Source: Betaproteobacteria bacterium (GTDB taxonomy: Bacteria; Acidobacteriota; Vicinamibacteria; Vicinamibacterales; CAVVIG01). From it: a stretch of 64,000 nt of DNA. Where the stretch lies: positions 4,796-68,795 of the forward strand of contig JBLMXQ010000093.1 of assembly GCA_050257855.1 (NCBI GenBank), given 5' to 3'. Numbering within the stretch: position 1 is the first letter of the stretch; the number at the start of each line of letters is the position of its first letter. The translations under genes and the position numbers were made by a program. The notes below the pieces were generated by a model, which saw nothing but the letters and a program-made list of their open reading frames with translations, was not told the DNA's origin and made no database searches. This document shows, one piece after another, positions 39,708 through 49,864 of this stretch.

Positions 39708-40715
39708 TCACGTCGACCGCGCATCCGCAGCCGCGGCGTTCGTACGCGCCACCTCGATGTTGCGCCGCATCCCGCCGACCTTCGCGCGCCGCATGGCCGT
39801 GCCGCGCAATCCCTCGGCGAGCGCCTCGTCCGAACGACCCGCGAGATCGTCGATGGTCACTCCGTCCCACGCCGGACGCGGCTGCCAGGCGGGATCGTCC
39901 GAGCGCGCCGCATGCTGGTTCCAGGGGCAGACCTCCTGGCAGATGTCACAGCCGTAGACGTGCGATCCGACGGCTGCGCGCCATTCGTCGGGAATCGGAC
40001 CGCGCTGCTCGATCGTGAGATACGAGATGCAGCGGCGTGCGTCGAGCTCGCCGGGCGCCACGATCGCCCGCGTCGGGCACGCGTCGATGCAGAGCGTGCA
40101 CGTGCCGCACTGGTCGAAGGCCGGCTCGTCGGGCGCGAGCGGCAGGCTGGTGATGATCTCGCCGAGAAAGAGCCAGGACCCGAGCGTCGGGTGGATGACG
40201 CACGTGTTCCTGCCGATCCAGCCGATGCCGGCGTGCTGCGCGTACACGCGCTCCTGCACCGGACCGGTGTCGACGTACGCCCGCGCGTCGAACGGCTGCT
40301 CGACGCGCGTCCGCAGCCAGTCGAGCAGCGCATCGAGGCGCGCGCCGATCACGTCGTGGTAGTCGTCTCCCCACGCGTACCGCGAGATCCGCGCGCGCGC
40401 CGGATCGGCGCACTCGATCGAGTACGGGCGCGCGACGTTGTACACGGTGCCCGTCACGATGACCGACCGCGCCGACGGCAGGACGGCGCGCACGTCGGCC
40501 CGGCGATCCGCCGATCGAGTCAAATACGCCATCTCGCCGGCGTACCCGCGCGCGAGCCACTGCGCGAACGCACCGAGCTCCGGCAGATCGCCGGCCGGCG
40601 CGATGCCGCACGCGTCGAAGCCGAGCTCGCGCGCCCTTGCCTTCACGTCTGCCGCACTGACGCTCACGACCCCAGTTACCCCGCTCCGATCGGGTGACGC
40701 CTCGCGCTCCGGCAC
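39708..40715 (-). CDS. queG: tRNA epoxyqueuosine(34) reductase QueG
   Basis: ORF 335 aa with 4Fe-4S motifs CGTCTLCIDACP and CDICQEVCPWN and a C-terminal HEAT-like tail. A later GTG near 40667 is a possible alternative start. The ORF begins 2 nt after the acnA stop. Confidence 0.85.
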   Translation of the reverse strand: MPEREASPDRSGVTGVVSVSAADVKARARELGFDACGIAPAGDLPELGAFAQWLARGYAGEMAYLTRSADRRADVRAVLPSARSVIVTGTVYNVARPYSIECADPARARISRYAWGDDYHDVIGARLDALLDWLRTRVEQPFDARAYVDTGPVQERVYAQHAGIGWIGRNTCVIHPTLGSWLFLGEIITSLPLAPDEPAFDQCGTCTLCIDACPTRAIVAPGELDARRCISYLTIEQRGPIPDEWRAAVGSHVYGCDICQEVCPWNQHAARSDDPAWQPRPAWDGVTIDDLAGRSDEALAEGLRGTAMRRAKVGGMRRNIEVARTNAAAADARST

Positions 40716-40717
40716 CG

Positions 40718-43453
40718 CTAGTGACGCGCGACGAGCTGGCGCAGCACGTACGGCAGGATGCCGCCGTGGCGGAACGCCTCGAGCTCCTCCGGCGTGTCGA
40801 TGCGCGCGACCGCCTGGAACACAATCGGCGCGGTCTCGCCCTGCGCGCGCACCGTCACCCGCGCACGCGGCGTCAGTCCGGCCGCAATTCCCACGAGGTC
40901 GTAGCGCTCGCGTCCGGTCAGTCCGAGCGACGCTGCCGTCGCTCCGCCCTCGAACTGCAGCGGCAGGACCCCCATGTTCACCAGATTGCTCCGGTGGATG
41001 CGCTCGAAACTCTCCGCGACGACCGCGCGCACGCCGAGCAGCAGCGTCCCTTTCGCCGCCCAGTCGCGCGACGAGCCGGAGCCGTACTCCTTGCCGGCGA
41101 CGACCAGCAGCGGGACGCCGGCGTCCCTGTACTTCATCGCGGCGTCGTAGATGGTCATCACCTCGCCGCCCGGCTGGTACGTGGTCCAGCCGCCCTCGGT
41201 GCCGGGCGCCATCTGGTTGCGCAGCCGCACGTTCGCAAACGTGCCGCGCACCATCACCTCGTGGTTGCCGCGGCGCGCCCCGTACGAGTTGAAGTCGCGC
41301 GGCTCGACGCCCTGCCCGATCAGGTACTTCCCGGCCGGGCTGTCCTTCTTGATGGACCCGGCCGGCGAGATGTGGTCGGTGGTAATGCTGTCGCCGAGCA
41401 GCGCGAGGACGCGCGCCCCGGTGATGTCGGCCAGCGGCCGCGGCTCGAGGCTCACTCCTTCGAAGAACGGCGGGTTCCGGATGTACGTCGAGCTGGCATC
41501 CCAGTCGAACCGGTCGCCGGTCGGAACCGGCAGCGACTGCCAGCGCTCGTCCCCGCGGAAGACGTCGGCGTACTGCTCGCGGAACATGTCGGCGCTGACG
41601 GCGTGCAGCAACGTGTCCTGAATCTCGCGCCCGGTCGGCCAGATGTCGCGCAGGTAGACCGGCTGGCCGCCGCGCGAGACGCCGAGCGGCTCCCCGGTCA
41701 GGTCCAGCGTCATCCGGCCGGCAATGGCGTAGGCCACGACGAGCGGCGGCGACGCCAGGTAGTTGGCGCGCACCTGCTGCTGGATACGCCCCTCGAAGTT
41801 GCGGTTCCCGCTCAGCACGGACGCGACGACGAGATCCCGCGATTCGATCTCGGCCGAGACGTCATCCGGCAGCGGGCCGCTGTTGCCGATGCACGTGGTG
41901 CAGCCGTAGCCGACCAGGCTGAAGCCGAGTTCGTCGAGATACGGCTGGAGCCCCGACTTGCGCAAATACTCCGTGACCACTTTGGAGCCGGGGGCGAGAC
42001 TGGTCTTCACCCACGGCTGCCGGCGCAGCCCGAGCTCGACCGCCTTCTTCGCCAGCAGGCCGGCCCCGATCATCACGCTGGGATTCGACGTGTTGGTGCA
42101 GCTCGTAATCGCCGCGATCACGACGGCGCCATGATCGATCTGCGCCACGGCCGGCTCGGCGACTGCGGCCGCGGCGCCGCCCCGGCTCGCCGACGCGCGC
42201 GCTGACCCGCCGGCTTCCGCGCCCTTCTTCGACGAGGCCGCCTGCAGCCCCGCGAGCGCCTGCTGAAAGCCGCGGCTGGCGTCCTTCAGGGCGACGCGGT
42301 CCTGCGGCCGGCGCGGCCCCGCGAGGCTCGGCTCCACGGCCGAGAGATCGAGCTCGATCGTCTCCGAGTAGGCGGGCTCCGGCGAGGCGGCGGAACGGAA
42401 CAGCCCCTGCGCCTTCGCGTACGCCTCGACGAGCTGAATCCGCGCGGCGTCGCGGCTCGTCAGCCGCAGGTAGTCGAGCGTCATCGCGTCGATCGGGAAG
42501 ATCGCGATCGTCGCGCCGTACTCGGGGCACATGTTGCCGAGCGTCGCCCGGTCGGCAATCGTCAGGTGCTCGAGGCCGGGGCCGTAGAACTCCACGAACT
42601 TGCCGACGACGCCGACCTTGCGGAGGCGCTCGGTGATGGTCAGCACGAGATCGGTGGCCGTCACGCCCTCGAGGAGCCGGCCCGTCAGGCGGAAGCCGAG
42701 CACCTGCGGAATGAGCATGGAGATCGGCTGGCCCAGCATCGCCGCCTCGGCCTCGATGCCGCCGACGCCCCATCCCACCACGCCGAGGCCGTTCACCATC
42801 GTCGTGTGCGAGTCGGTGCCGACGAGCGTGTCCGGGTACGCCAGCACGCCGTCCGGCGTGTCGTCGGAAACGACCACGCGCGCCAGGTACTCGAGGTTCA
42901 CCTGGTGGACGATGCCGGTGTCCGGCGGCACGACGCGGAAGTTGCGGAACGCGTTCTGACCCCAGCGCAGGAAGGCGTAGCGCTCTCTGTTGCGCGAGAA
43001 CTCGAGCTCGGCGTTGAGCTGGAAGGCATCGGCGCGGTTGAAGTAGTCGACCTGGACCGAATGGTCGATGACGAGTTCCACCGGCTGGAGCGGGTTGACC
43101 CTGTTCGGATCGCCGCCGAGCCGCACGATGCCGTCACGCATCGCGGCGAGGTCGACGACCGCGGGAACGCCGGTGAAATCCTGCAGCAGCACGCGCGCCG
43201 GCGCGAAGGCGATCTCCTTCTGCGCGCCGCTCCGGAGGTCCCAGCGCGCGAGCACCTCGATGTCCGCCGCCGTGACGAACCGGCCGTCCTCGTGGCGCAG
43301 CAGGTTCTCCAGCAGGATCTTCAAGGAGTACGGCAGGCGCGCAATCCCGCCGAAACCCCGGGCCTCGAGTTTCGCGAGGCTGAACAAGTGGACGTCGCGG
43401 CCGCCGACGGAGATGGCCGATCGCGTACCGAAGGTGTCGGAAGAAGTCGTCAT
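40718..43453 (-). CDS. acnA: aconitate hydratase A
   Basis: ORF 40718..43834 trimmed to ATG 43453, which is preceded by GAGGA. The N-terminus reads [30 protein letters not shown]...[18 protein letters not shown]. The Fe-S ligand region [25 protein letters not shown] is present. Confidence 0.95.
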   Translation of the reverse strand: MTTSSDTFGTRSAISVGGRDVHLFSLAKLEARGFGGIARLPYSLKILLENLLRHEDGRFVTAADIEVLARWDLRSGAQKEIAFAPARVLLQDFTGVPAVVDLAAMRDGIVRLGGDPNRVNPLQPVELVIDHSVQVDYFNRADAFQLNAELEFSRNRERYAFLRWGQNAFRNFRVVPPDTGIVHQVNLEYLARVVVSDDTPDGVLAYPDTLVGTDSHTTMVNGLGVVGWGVGGIEAEAAMLGQPISMLIPQVLGFRLTGRLLEGVTATDLVLTITERLRKVGVVGKFVEFYGPGLEHLTIADRATLGNMCPEYGATIAIFPIDAMTLDYLRLTSRDAARIQLVEAYAKAQGLFRSAASPEPAYSETIELDLSAVEPSLAGPRRPQDRVALKDASRGFQQALAGLQAASSKKGAEAGGSARASASRGGAAAAVAEPAVAQIDHGAVVIAAITSCTNTSNPSVMIGAGLLAKKAVELGLRRQPWVKTSLAPGSKVVTEYLRKSGLQPYLDELGFSLVGYGCTTCIGNSGPLPDDVSAEIESRDLVVASVLSGNRNFEGRIQQQVRANYLASPPLVVAYAIAGRMTLDLTGEPLGVSRGGQPVYLRDIWPTGREIQDTLLHAVSADMFREQYADVFRGDERWQSLPVPTGDRFDWDASSTYIRNPPFFEGVSLEPRPLADITGARVLALLGDSITTDHISPAGSIKKDSPAGKYLIGQGVEPRDFNSYGARRGNHEVMVRGTFANVRLRNQMAPGTEGGWTTYQPGGEVMTIYDAAMKYRDAGVPLLVVAGKEYGSGSSRDWAAKGTLLLGVRAVVAESFERIHRSNLVNMGVLPLQFEGGATAASLGLTGRERYDLVGIAAGLTPRARVTVRAQGETAPIVFQAVARIDTPEELEAFRHGGILPYVLRQLVARH

Positions 43454-43560
43454 CGAATGAGTTCCTCGAAGGACCGGAAATACCGACCGTCGACCATCGT
43501 ACTCGCCGGGACGACACGGGGGCAACCAAGCCTGCTCGTGGCTCATATTCCGTGCATAGT

Positions 43561-43579
43561 TGGCACTATTATTGTGCCA
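43561..43579. promoter_or_regulatory. perfect palindrome TGGCAC-N7-GTGCCA in the acnA-amt intergenic region
   Basis: Read directly from the sequence. It is an AT-rich island in a GC-rich spacer. Confidence 0.4.
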
Positions 43580-43622
43580 TTGAGCGGGCTGTTGGCCAAA
43601 ACATGAACTAGTGAACGACAGC

Positions 43623-43639
43623 TTGTGCACGCTTTGCAC
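43623..43639. promoter_or_regulatory. perfect palindrome TGTGCA-N5-TGCACA, 23 nt upstream of the amt ATG
   Basis: Read directly from the sequence. It is followed by TATCAT (43648-43653) 8 nt before ATG 43662. Confidence 0.4.
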
Positions 43640-43661
43640 AATTCGTGTATCATCATGCCCC

Positions 43662-45032
43662 ATGACGCTGGCCACCGTCCGCCTGACGACCCGCCGCATC
43701 CGCACGTTTTCCGCACTGCCGCTGCTCCTGCTGGGCGCCGTCAGCCTGGCGGCCGTGGCCGTGCACCCGGCGCCGCTCCCGGCTGGCGGCGGTCCGATCG
43801 ACCGGGGCGATGTCGCCTGGATGCTCACCGCCACGGCGCTCGTCCTGTTGATGACCCCGGGCCTCTCGTTCTTCTACGGTGGCATGGTCCGGTCGAAGAA
43901 CGTTGTCTCGACGATGCTGCAGAGCTTCGTGGCGATGGCGGTGATCAGCATCCTCTGGGTGGTGGTCGGATTCAGCCTCGCCTTCGGCGACAGCGTGCAC
44001 GGGCTCATCGGCAACCCGGCGACCTACTTCATGTTCACGCACGTCGGCGTCACGACCAGCCGTCTGGCGCCGACCATCCCGCTCATCCTGTTCGCGCTGT
44101 TCCAGCTGAAGTTCGCGATCATCACGCCTGCGCTCATCACCGGGTCGTTTGCCGAGCGCGTGCGGTTCACGAGCTACCTGCTGTTCATGTGCCTGTTCAG
44201 CGTGTTCATCTACTGCCCCTTGGCGCACTGGACGTGGCATCCCGACGGCTTCCTGCACCGGCTCGGCGTGCTGGACTTCGCCGGAGGAACGGTCGTGCAC
44301 ATGTCAGCGGGACTGGCGGCGCTCGCCGGCGCGCTGACGCTCGGCCGGCGCAGGATCCACGTGGCCAGCGAGACGCACACGCCGGCGAACATACCTTTCG
44401 TGATCCTCGGCACCGGGATGCTCTGGTTCGGCTGGTTCGGCTTCAACGCCGGATCGGCGCTGGCGGCGTCGGGCACGGCCGCGATGGCCTTCGCCACGAC
44501 GAACACGGCGTCAGCCGCCGCCGCGCTGGCGTGGATGTTCTTCGACGGCTGGCGCGGGCGGAAGCCGTCGGCTATGGGTGCCTGCGTCGGCGCCGTCGTC
44601 GGCCTGGTCGCCATCACCCCGGCGGCCGGCTACGTGACGGTCGGCGACAGCATCTTCATCGGCACCGTGGCGAGCATCGTCTCGAATTTGATGGTGCACT
44701 GGAAGTCGAAGTCGACGCTCGACGACACGCTCGACGTCTTCCCGTGCCACGGCGTCGGCGGCATGGTCGGGATGCTCCTGACCGGCGTGTTCGCGAAGGA
44801 CGTCGGGCTGCTCTCCGGGCACGCGTACACGTTCCTCGTGCACTGCGGCGCGCTCGTGTTCGTCGCGGTCTTCTCCTTCGCCGGCTCGTGGGTGCTCTAC
44901 AAGGTGACTGACTTCGTGATTCCGCTGCGCGTGTCCGAAGAGCAGGAGGAGCTCGGCCTCGATCTGAGCCAGCACGGCGAGGTGATGGAGGAAGCCGCGG
45001 CGGCTGCATATCCGCTCGCGAAGACGGCGTAG
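43662..45032 (+). CDS. amt: ammonium transporter (Amt family)
   Basis: ORF 43611..45032 trimmed to ATG 43662, which gives a signal-like N-terminus. Family motifs: [47 protein letters not shown] and [13 protein letters not shown]. Confidence 0.9.
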   Translation: MTLATVRLTTRRIRTFSALPLLLLGAVSLAAVAVHPAPLPAGGGPIDRGDVAWMLTATALVLLMTPGLSFFYGGMVRSKNVVSTMLQSFVAMAVISILWVVVGFSLAFGDSVHGLIGNPATYFMFTHVGVTTSRLAPTIPLILFALFQLKFAIITPALITGSFAERVRFTSYLLFMCLFSVFIYCPLAHWTWHPDGFLHRLGVLDFAGGTVVHMSAGLAALAGALTLGRRRIHVASETHTPANIPFVILGTGMLWFGWFGFNAGSALAASGTAAMAFATTNTASAAAALAWMFFDGWRGRKPSAMGACVGAVVGLVAITPAAGYVTVGDSIFIGTVASIVSNLMVHWKSKSTLDDTLDVFPCHGVGGMVGMLLTGVFAKDVGLLSGHAYTFLVHCGALVFVAVFSFAGSWVLYKVTDFVIPLRVSEEQEELGLDLSQHGEVMEEAAAAAYPLAKTA

Positions 45033-45036
45033 CGGC

Positions 45037-46560
45037 TCACACGACGCGGACGAGCGTTTCGCCGTCCGTCGCGGTGCGTCCGGCGCCGGCGACCGCCCGC
45101 CCGAGGACGCGGGCAGCGGCGTCGGCGCGCTCGGGCGGCTGCGTGGTGAAGCAGATCCGGAGCTCCTGCGCGCCGCCTCCGTCGACATAGAACGGCTCGC
45201 CCGTCAGCACCAGCACCGAGTCGGCCAGCGCCTGACGCTGCACGACGCCGGCGCGCGCCCCGCCGCCCAGCCGGCACCACAGGTAGAGTCCGCCGGGCGG
45301 GATCGCGAAGCGCATCGACTCGCTCGCGACGTGCCGATGGAGCGCCTTCACCATGGCATCGCGCCGCCGCCGGTGCTCCGCCCGCAGCGCCACGAGGTGA
45401 CGGTCCAGCACGCCCTCCTCGATCAGCTCGGCGACGACGAGCTGCGACAGGTTCTGCGTGTGCGGATCGACCTGCTGCTTGATCAGCGCGAGCTGATCGA
45501 CGATGGGACGGGCCGCCGAGATCCAGCCGAGGCGGAGTCCCGGCGCGAGCATCTTCGAGAAGCTGTTCACGCGGATCACGAGCGATCCGTCCCCGTCCAG
45601 CTCGTACAGCGACGGCGGCGGGTCCGCGCCGAGCGTCAGCTCGCGATATGTGTCGTCCTCGACGATGGGGACCCGGTAGCGTTCGGCGAGCTCGAGCAGC
45701 TCGCGCCTCAGGCGGATGGGCAGCGTCCCGCCCGTCGGATTCTGGAACGTCGGGTTCGTGTAGATCAATTTCGGACGGTAGCGAAGCAGCGACTCTTCCA
45801 GCTCGTCGAGGTCGGCGACGGCGACATCCCAGCCGACCAGGCGGGCGCCGGCGGTCCGGAAGGTCTGGATGGCGCCGAGGTAGCCCGGGCGGTCGACGAT
45901 CACCGCGTCGCCGCGATCGATCAGGCAGCGGGCGAGCAGATCGAGCCCCTGCTGCGCGCCGGCAATGGCCATCACGTTGACCGGCGCGGCGCCGAAGCGG
46001 TCGGCGATGGCCTCGCGGAACCGGCCGAGGCCTTCGGTCGGACCGTGGCCCCAGGCCGCGCGCGCCTGGCGCGCCAGGACGCGGGTGACGGCGTCGCGGA
46101 ACGCGTCGGTCGGAAAGTGGTCCAGCGCGGGCTCGCCGGCCGCGAGCGAGACGAGGCGGGGATCGGCCGCGTGCCGCACGAGGTCGCGCACGGTCGAATC
46201 GACCGACCCGAGCGCCGCAGCCGACATCTTCCCGCGCCACGCGAACGGCGCGGCGGCGGCATCCGGGCGCGCCGACACGAAGGTGCCGCGGCCCACGTAG
46301 CCGCGCACGAGCCCCCGCGCCTCGAGCTCGCGAAACGCGCGGACGACCGTGGCGCGGCCGACGGCGAGCGCCGCCGCCAGCTCGCGCTCGGGCGGGAGGC
46401 GGAAGCCCTGCGCCAGGCTGCCGCGGGCGATGGCGTGCTCCAGCGTCTCGACCAGCCGCCGGTACATCGGCCGCGTGCGCGGCACCGCCGCCGGCTCCAC
46501 ACCGATCGCGCGAAACAAACCAATCGTCGATTGGCTCGGTTTCAAAAGGCGCCTTTCCAT
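45037..46560 (-). CDS. MocR-family regulator (GntR HTH fused to fold-type I aminotransferase-like domain)
   Basis: ORF 507 aa. It has PMYRRLVETLEHAIARGSL...LPPERELAAALAVGRATVVRAFRELEARGLV and then a PLP-domain (SFSKMLAPGLRLGW). The first ~16 codons have low GC3 and contain a palindrome, so the true start may be GTG 46500 or ATG 46467. Confidence 0.85.
   Translation of the reverse strand: MERRLLKPSQSTIGLFRAIGVEPAAVPRTRPMYRRLVETLEHAIARGSLAQGFRLPPERELAAALAVGRATVVRAFRELEARGLVRGYVGRGTFVSARPDAAAAPFAWRGKMSAAALGSVDSTVRDLVRHAADPRLVSLAAGEPALDHFPTDAFRDAVTRVLARQARAAWGHGPTEGLGRFREAIADRFGAAPVNVMAIAGAQQGLDLLARCLIDRGDAVIVDRPGYLGAIQTFRTAGARLVGWDVAVADLDELEESLLRYRPKLIYTNPTFQNPTGGTLPIRLRRELLELAERYRVPIVEDDTYRELTLGADPPPSLYELDGDGSLVIRVNSFSKMLAPGLRLGWISAARPIVDQLALIKQQVDPHTQNLSQLVVAELIEEGVLDRHLVALRAEHRRRRDAMVKALHRHVASESMRFAIPPGGLYLWCRLGGGARAGVVQRQALADSVLVLTGEPFYVDGGGAQELRICFTTQPPERADAAARVLGRAVAGAGRTATDGETLVRVV
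46512..46545. promoter_or_regulatory. nested palindrome GAAAC-aaa-CCAATCG-t-CGATTGG-ctcg-GTTTC between MocR and the divergent aminotransferase
   Basis: Read directly from the sequence. The core is a perfect 15-bp palindrome at 46520-46534. Confidence 0.45.
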
Positions 46561-46586
46561 GATCCTTGATTCTACTAGGAGGGGCG

Positions 46587-47498
46587 ATGGACGAGACGAT
46601 CTACGTCGACGGGCGGATGGTGCCGGCGGCCGAGGCCGCGGTCAGCGTGTGCGATCACGGGCTGCTCTACGGCGACGGCGTGTTCGAGGGGATTCGCGCC
46701 TACAGCGGACGGGTGTTCAGGCTCGATCAGCACATCGAGCGGCTCTTCGCCTCGGCGCGCGCGATCCGGCTGGAGATTCCGGGCACGCCGGACGAGATCG
46801 CCGCGGCGGTCGTCGCGGCCTGCCGCCACAACGACATCGTGGACGGCTACATCCGCCTGGTCGTCACGCGCGGCGCGGGCGATCTGAGCGTGGACCCGCG
46901 GTCGTGCCGGAACCCGCGCGTGATTGTGATCACGCTCGCATCGATGACGGTCCACCGCGACGCCGACAGGGGGCTGCACGTCGTCACGTCGCCGTTCCGC
47001 CGCAACGCGCCCGACGCGACGTCGCCGTCGATCAAGTCGCTCAACTATCTCAACAACGTGCTGGCACGGATCGACGCCAACGACCGTGGAGCCGACGAGG
47101 CGCTGCTGCTCGACGCGCAGGGCTACGTGGCCGAAGCGACCGTGGAGAACTTCTTCATCGTGACGAAGCGCGGGCTCCTGACGCCGCCGACCTCGACGAA
47201 CCTGGACGGGATCACGCGCGCCGCGGTGCTCGAGATCGCCTCCTCGCTGGTCATCCGGTGCGAGGAGCGGTCCTTCACGCTCGTGGACGCCTGGAACGCC
47301 GACGAGGCCTTCCTCTGCGGCACCGCCGCCGAGATCGTGCCGGTCGTCACGATCGACCGGCGTCCGGTCGGCACCGGCCGCCCCGGGCCGGCGACGCTGC
47401 GGATTATCGACGCGTTCAGGCGCCTCGTGCGCTCCACGGGAACGCCCATCTACCCGGGCGCCGCCGAGTCCGCGGCGGTCGGCGGCTTCCGCGGCTGA
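46587..47498 (+). CDS. ilvE: class IV (branched-chain / D-amino-acid) aminotransferase
   Basis: ORF 46566..47498 trimmed to ATG 46587, which is preceded by AGGAGG. It has HGLLYGDGVFEGIRAY, YIRLVVTRG and SIKSLNYLNNVLA (catalytic Lys region). Confidence 0.85.
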   Translation: MDETIYVDGRMVPAAEAAVSVCDHGLLYGDGVFEGIRAYSGRVFRLDQHIERLFASARAIRLEIPGTPDEIAAAVVAACRHNDIVDGYIRLVVTRGAGDLSVDPRSCRNPRVIVITLASMTVHRDADRGLHVVTSPFRRNAPDATSPSIKSLNYLNNVLARIDANDRGADEALLLDAQGYVAEATVENFFIVTKRGLLTPPTSTNLDGITRAAVLEIASSLVIRCEERSFTLVDAWNADEAFLCGTAAEIVPVVTIDRRPVGTGRPGPATLRIIDAFRRLVRSTGTPIYPGAAESAAVGGFRG

Positions 47499-47537
47499 AC
47501 GGCACTCGGCCCGACCGGCGTCTGCCGGCGGACGCGG

Positions 47538-49082
47538 TCAGGGCCGCGCGGGCATTCGCTCGTCCAGGAACGCCCGCACGACGAGACGGATGTCCTGGTG
47601 CCGGCCGTCGACCGCGTAGTTCATCGCCTGCATGTCGCCGGCGCTGACGCGCCCGGCGAGCGATTGGATCGCGCGCTTGACTTGAGGGTATTCGAGCAGC
47701 GTCTCGGACCGCGCGATCGGCACGGCGTCGTAGGGCGGAAAGAAATGCCGGTTGTCCTGCAGCCTGGCCAGATCCAGCGCCTTGATCAGGCCGGCGGTCG
47801 CGTCGCCGGCGATCACGTCCACCTGCCGGTCGGCGAGCGCCCGGTAGGTGAGCATGAGGTCCATCGCCCGCGGCGGCGCCGCGAAGCGGAGCCCGTACGC
47901 GTTTGCCAGGCCCGGGTAGCCGTCAGGCCGCTGCAGGAACTCGTAGCCGAACCCGGCCCGCCATCCGGGCGCGACTCGCGCCAGATCCTCGATGGTCCGC
48001 AGGCCGAGTCGCCGCGCGTCGTCCGAGCGCACGAGAATCGCGAACGTGTCGTCGAACCCGAGCGGCGGGAGCAGCGTGCGGCCGGTCCGGGCGTAGAGGC
48101 CGCGCAGCGTCGGGAGGACGGTGCCCGGGTCGGACGGGATGGGCCGATCGAAGACCGCCGACAGCGCGGTGCCCGTGTACTCGACGTAGACATCGACGTC
48201 GCCCGTCAGCAGCGCGCGGTCGCAGATCAGCGTGCCGCCCAGGTTCAGCCGGCGCTCGACCGTCAATCCGGTTTCGCGCTCGATCGTCTGCGCGACGAGC
48301 TCGCCGAGCACGAGCTGCTCCGTGAAGTTCTTCGAGCCCACCACAATCGCCGCGCGTGACCCGCGCGCGGCGACGCCGGCGGAGACGACCATGGCCGCCG
48401 CGACCAGCATCGCGACGACGACGGCTCCCCGCCGGCTCCGAGCGCGCCGGCGGGCAGAGAGCTGCCGCTCGGTCCACAGCAGGAAGACATCGACCGCGAG
48501 CGCGAGCAGCGCGGCCGGGATCGCGCCGGCCAGGATGACGGTGCTGTCGACCATCGACAGGCCGCGGTAGATGTACTCGCCGAGTCCGCCCGCGCCGATC
48601 GCGGCGGCGATCGTCGCCGATCCCACACCGACGACCGCGGCCACGCGGATGCCGGCGACGATCGACGGGACGGCCAGCGGCAGCTCGACGCGGCGCAACA
48701 GCTGCCACGGCGTCATGCCCATCGCGATGCCGGCTTCGAGGACCGCGGGATCGATCCCGGTCAGGCCGGCGATCGTGGTCCGGATGATCGGCAGCAGGCC
48801 GTACAGGATCAACACGACGAGCGCCGCGCGCGCGCCGACACCGCCGACGAGCGGGACCGGCAGCAGGAAGCCGAACATCGCGAGGCTCGGGATGGTCTGC
48901 ACGATGTTGGCCGCGCCGACGAGCGGTGCGCTGAGCCGCGGCCGGCGCGCGGCGAAGATGCCGAGCGGCACGCCGGCCGCAATCGCCACGAGCGTGGATG
49001 CCGCGACGAGCAGCACGTGCTGGCCGAAGAGCGTCGCCAGCTCGGTACGATGCGACGACCAGAAGGCGAGGAGGCTAGACAC
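47538..49082 (-). CDS. osmoprotectant (glycine betaine/choline/carnitine, OpuC-type) ABC permease fused to substrate-binding domain
   Basis: ORF 47538..49400 trimmed to GTG 49082. The permease half contains IVQTIPSLAMFGFLLP..LLPIIRTTIAGL. The SBP half contains IVVGSKNFTEQLVLGELVAQ..DVYVEYTGTAL. It overlaps the ATPase stop by 8 nt. Confidence 0.85.
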   Translation of the reverse strand: MSSLLAFWSSHRTELATLFGQHVLLVAASTLVAIAAGVPLGIFAARRPRLSAPLVGAANIVQTIPSLAMFGFLLPVPLVGGVGARAALVVLILYGLLPIIRTTIAGLTGIDPAVLEAGIAMGMTPWQLLRRVELPLAVPSIVAGIRVAAVVGVGSATIAAAIGAGGLGEYIYRGLSMVDSTVILAGAIPAALLALAVDVFLLWTERQLSARRRARSRRGAVVVAMLVAAAMVVSAGVAARGSRAAIVVGSKNFTEQLVLGELVAQTIERETGLTVERRLNLGGTLICDRALLTGDVDVYVEYTGTALSAVFDRPIPSDPGTVLPTLRGLYARTGRTLLPPLGFDDTFAILVRSDDARRLGLRTIEDLARVAPGWRAGFGYEFLQRPDGYPGLANAYGLRFAAPPRAMDLMLTYRALADRQVDVIAGDATAGLIKALDLARLQDNRHFFPPYDAVPIARSETLLEYPQVKRAIQSLAGRVSAGDMQAMNYAVDGRHQDIRLVVRAFLDERMPARP

Positions 49083-49827
49083 GTGTCGGCACCCGCGGCA
49101 CCGCGTCGAGCAGCCGCCGGACTCGTCGATCGGCGGACCCGGCAATCCGTTCGGGCGCGTCGCACGCGACGAGCTGTCCCTGCTCGATGACCCCGATGCG
49201 AGTTGCGAGAGCGAACGCCTCGCCCATGTCGTGCGTGACGATGATGACGGTCTTGCGCAGGCGCCCTTGAATGCGACGGAACTCGCCGTGCAGCTCGGCG
49301 CGCGTGACCGGATCGAGCGCGCCGAACGGCTCGTCCATGAGCAGGATCGGCGGATCCGCCGCGAGCGCCCGCGCCACGCCCGCCCGCTGGCGCTCGCCAC
49401 CCGAGAGCTCGTCCGGCCAGCGCCGTCCGTACACCTCTGGTTCGAGGCCGATGAGCTCGAGCAGGTCGCGAACGCGCGCCCGCGTCCGCTCGTCCGGCCA
49501 GCGCTCCAGGCGCGGGACGACCGCGATGTTGTCGGCCACGGTCATGTGCGGGAAGAGCCCGACTTCCTGGAGGACGTAGCCGACCCGGCGTCGCAGCGCA
49601 ATCGGGTCCCACGCGCGTGTGTCGCGTCCCTCGACGAGCACGCACCCTTCGTCGGGTACCAGCAGCCGGTTGACGAGCTTCAGCGCCGTGCTCTTGCCCG
49701 CGCCGCTGCGGCCGACGAGGGCGAGGACCTCCCCCGGCTCGACCGTCAGATCCATCCGGTCGAGCACTCGCGGGCCGCCCGGACGCGCGAAGCTCACCGA
49801 CCGGAATGCGATGAAAGCGCCGGGCAT
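49075..49827 (-). CDS. ABC transporter ATP-binding protein (OpuCA-like, no CBS domains)
   Basis: ORF 250 aa with Walker A GRSGAGKST, signature LSGGERQR and Walker B ILLMDEPFGALD. Confidence 0.9.
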   Translation of the reverse strand: MPGAFIAFRSVSFARPGGPRVLDRMDLTVEPGEVLALVGRSGAGKSTALKLVNRLLVPDEGCVLVEGRDTRAWDPIALRRRVGYVLQEVGLFPHMTVADNIAVVPRLERWPDERTRARVRDLLELIGLEPEVYGRRWPDELSGGERQRAGVARALAADPPILLMDEPFGALDPVTRAELHGEFRRIQGRLRKTVIIVTHDMGEAFALATRIGVIEQGQLVACDAPERIAGSADRRVRRLLDAVPRVPTRV

Positions 49828-49842
49828 CTCACGAGGTCAGAA

Positions 49843-49860
49843 GGTTCACGGGGTTCACGG
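49843..49860 (+). repeat. 2 tandem 9-mers GGTTCACGG GGTTCACGG (reverse complement of the CCGTGAACC family)
   Basis: Read directly from the sequence. It lies 16-33 nt upstream of the ABC ATPase start. Confidence 0.8.
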
Positions 49861-49864
49861 GCTC

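Noticed and set aside
43561-43576. A sigma-54 promoter (TGGCAC-N5-TTGC) upstream of the ammonium transporter.
   Set aside because: The -12 element reads TTGT, so it lacks the conserved GC at the correct spacing. The TGGCAC is also one arm of a perfect TGGCAC-N7-GTGCCA dyad. I kept it only as a generic operator candidate.
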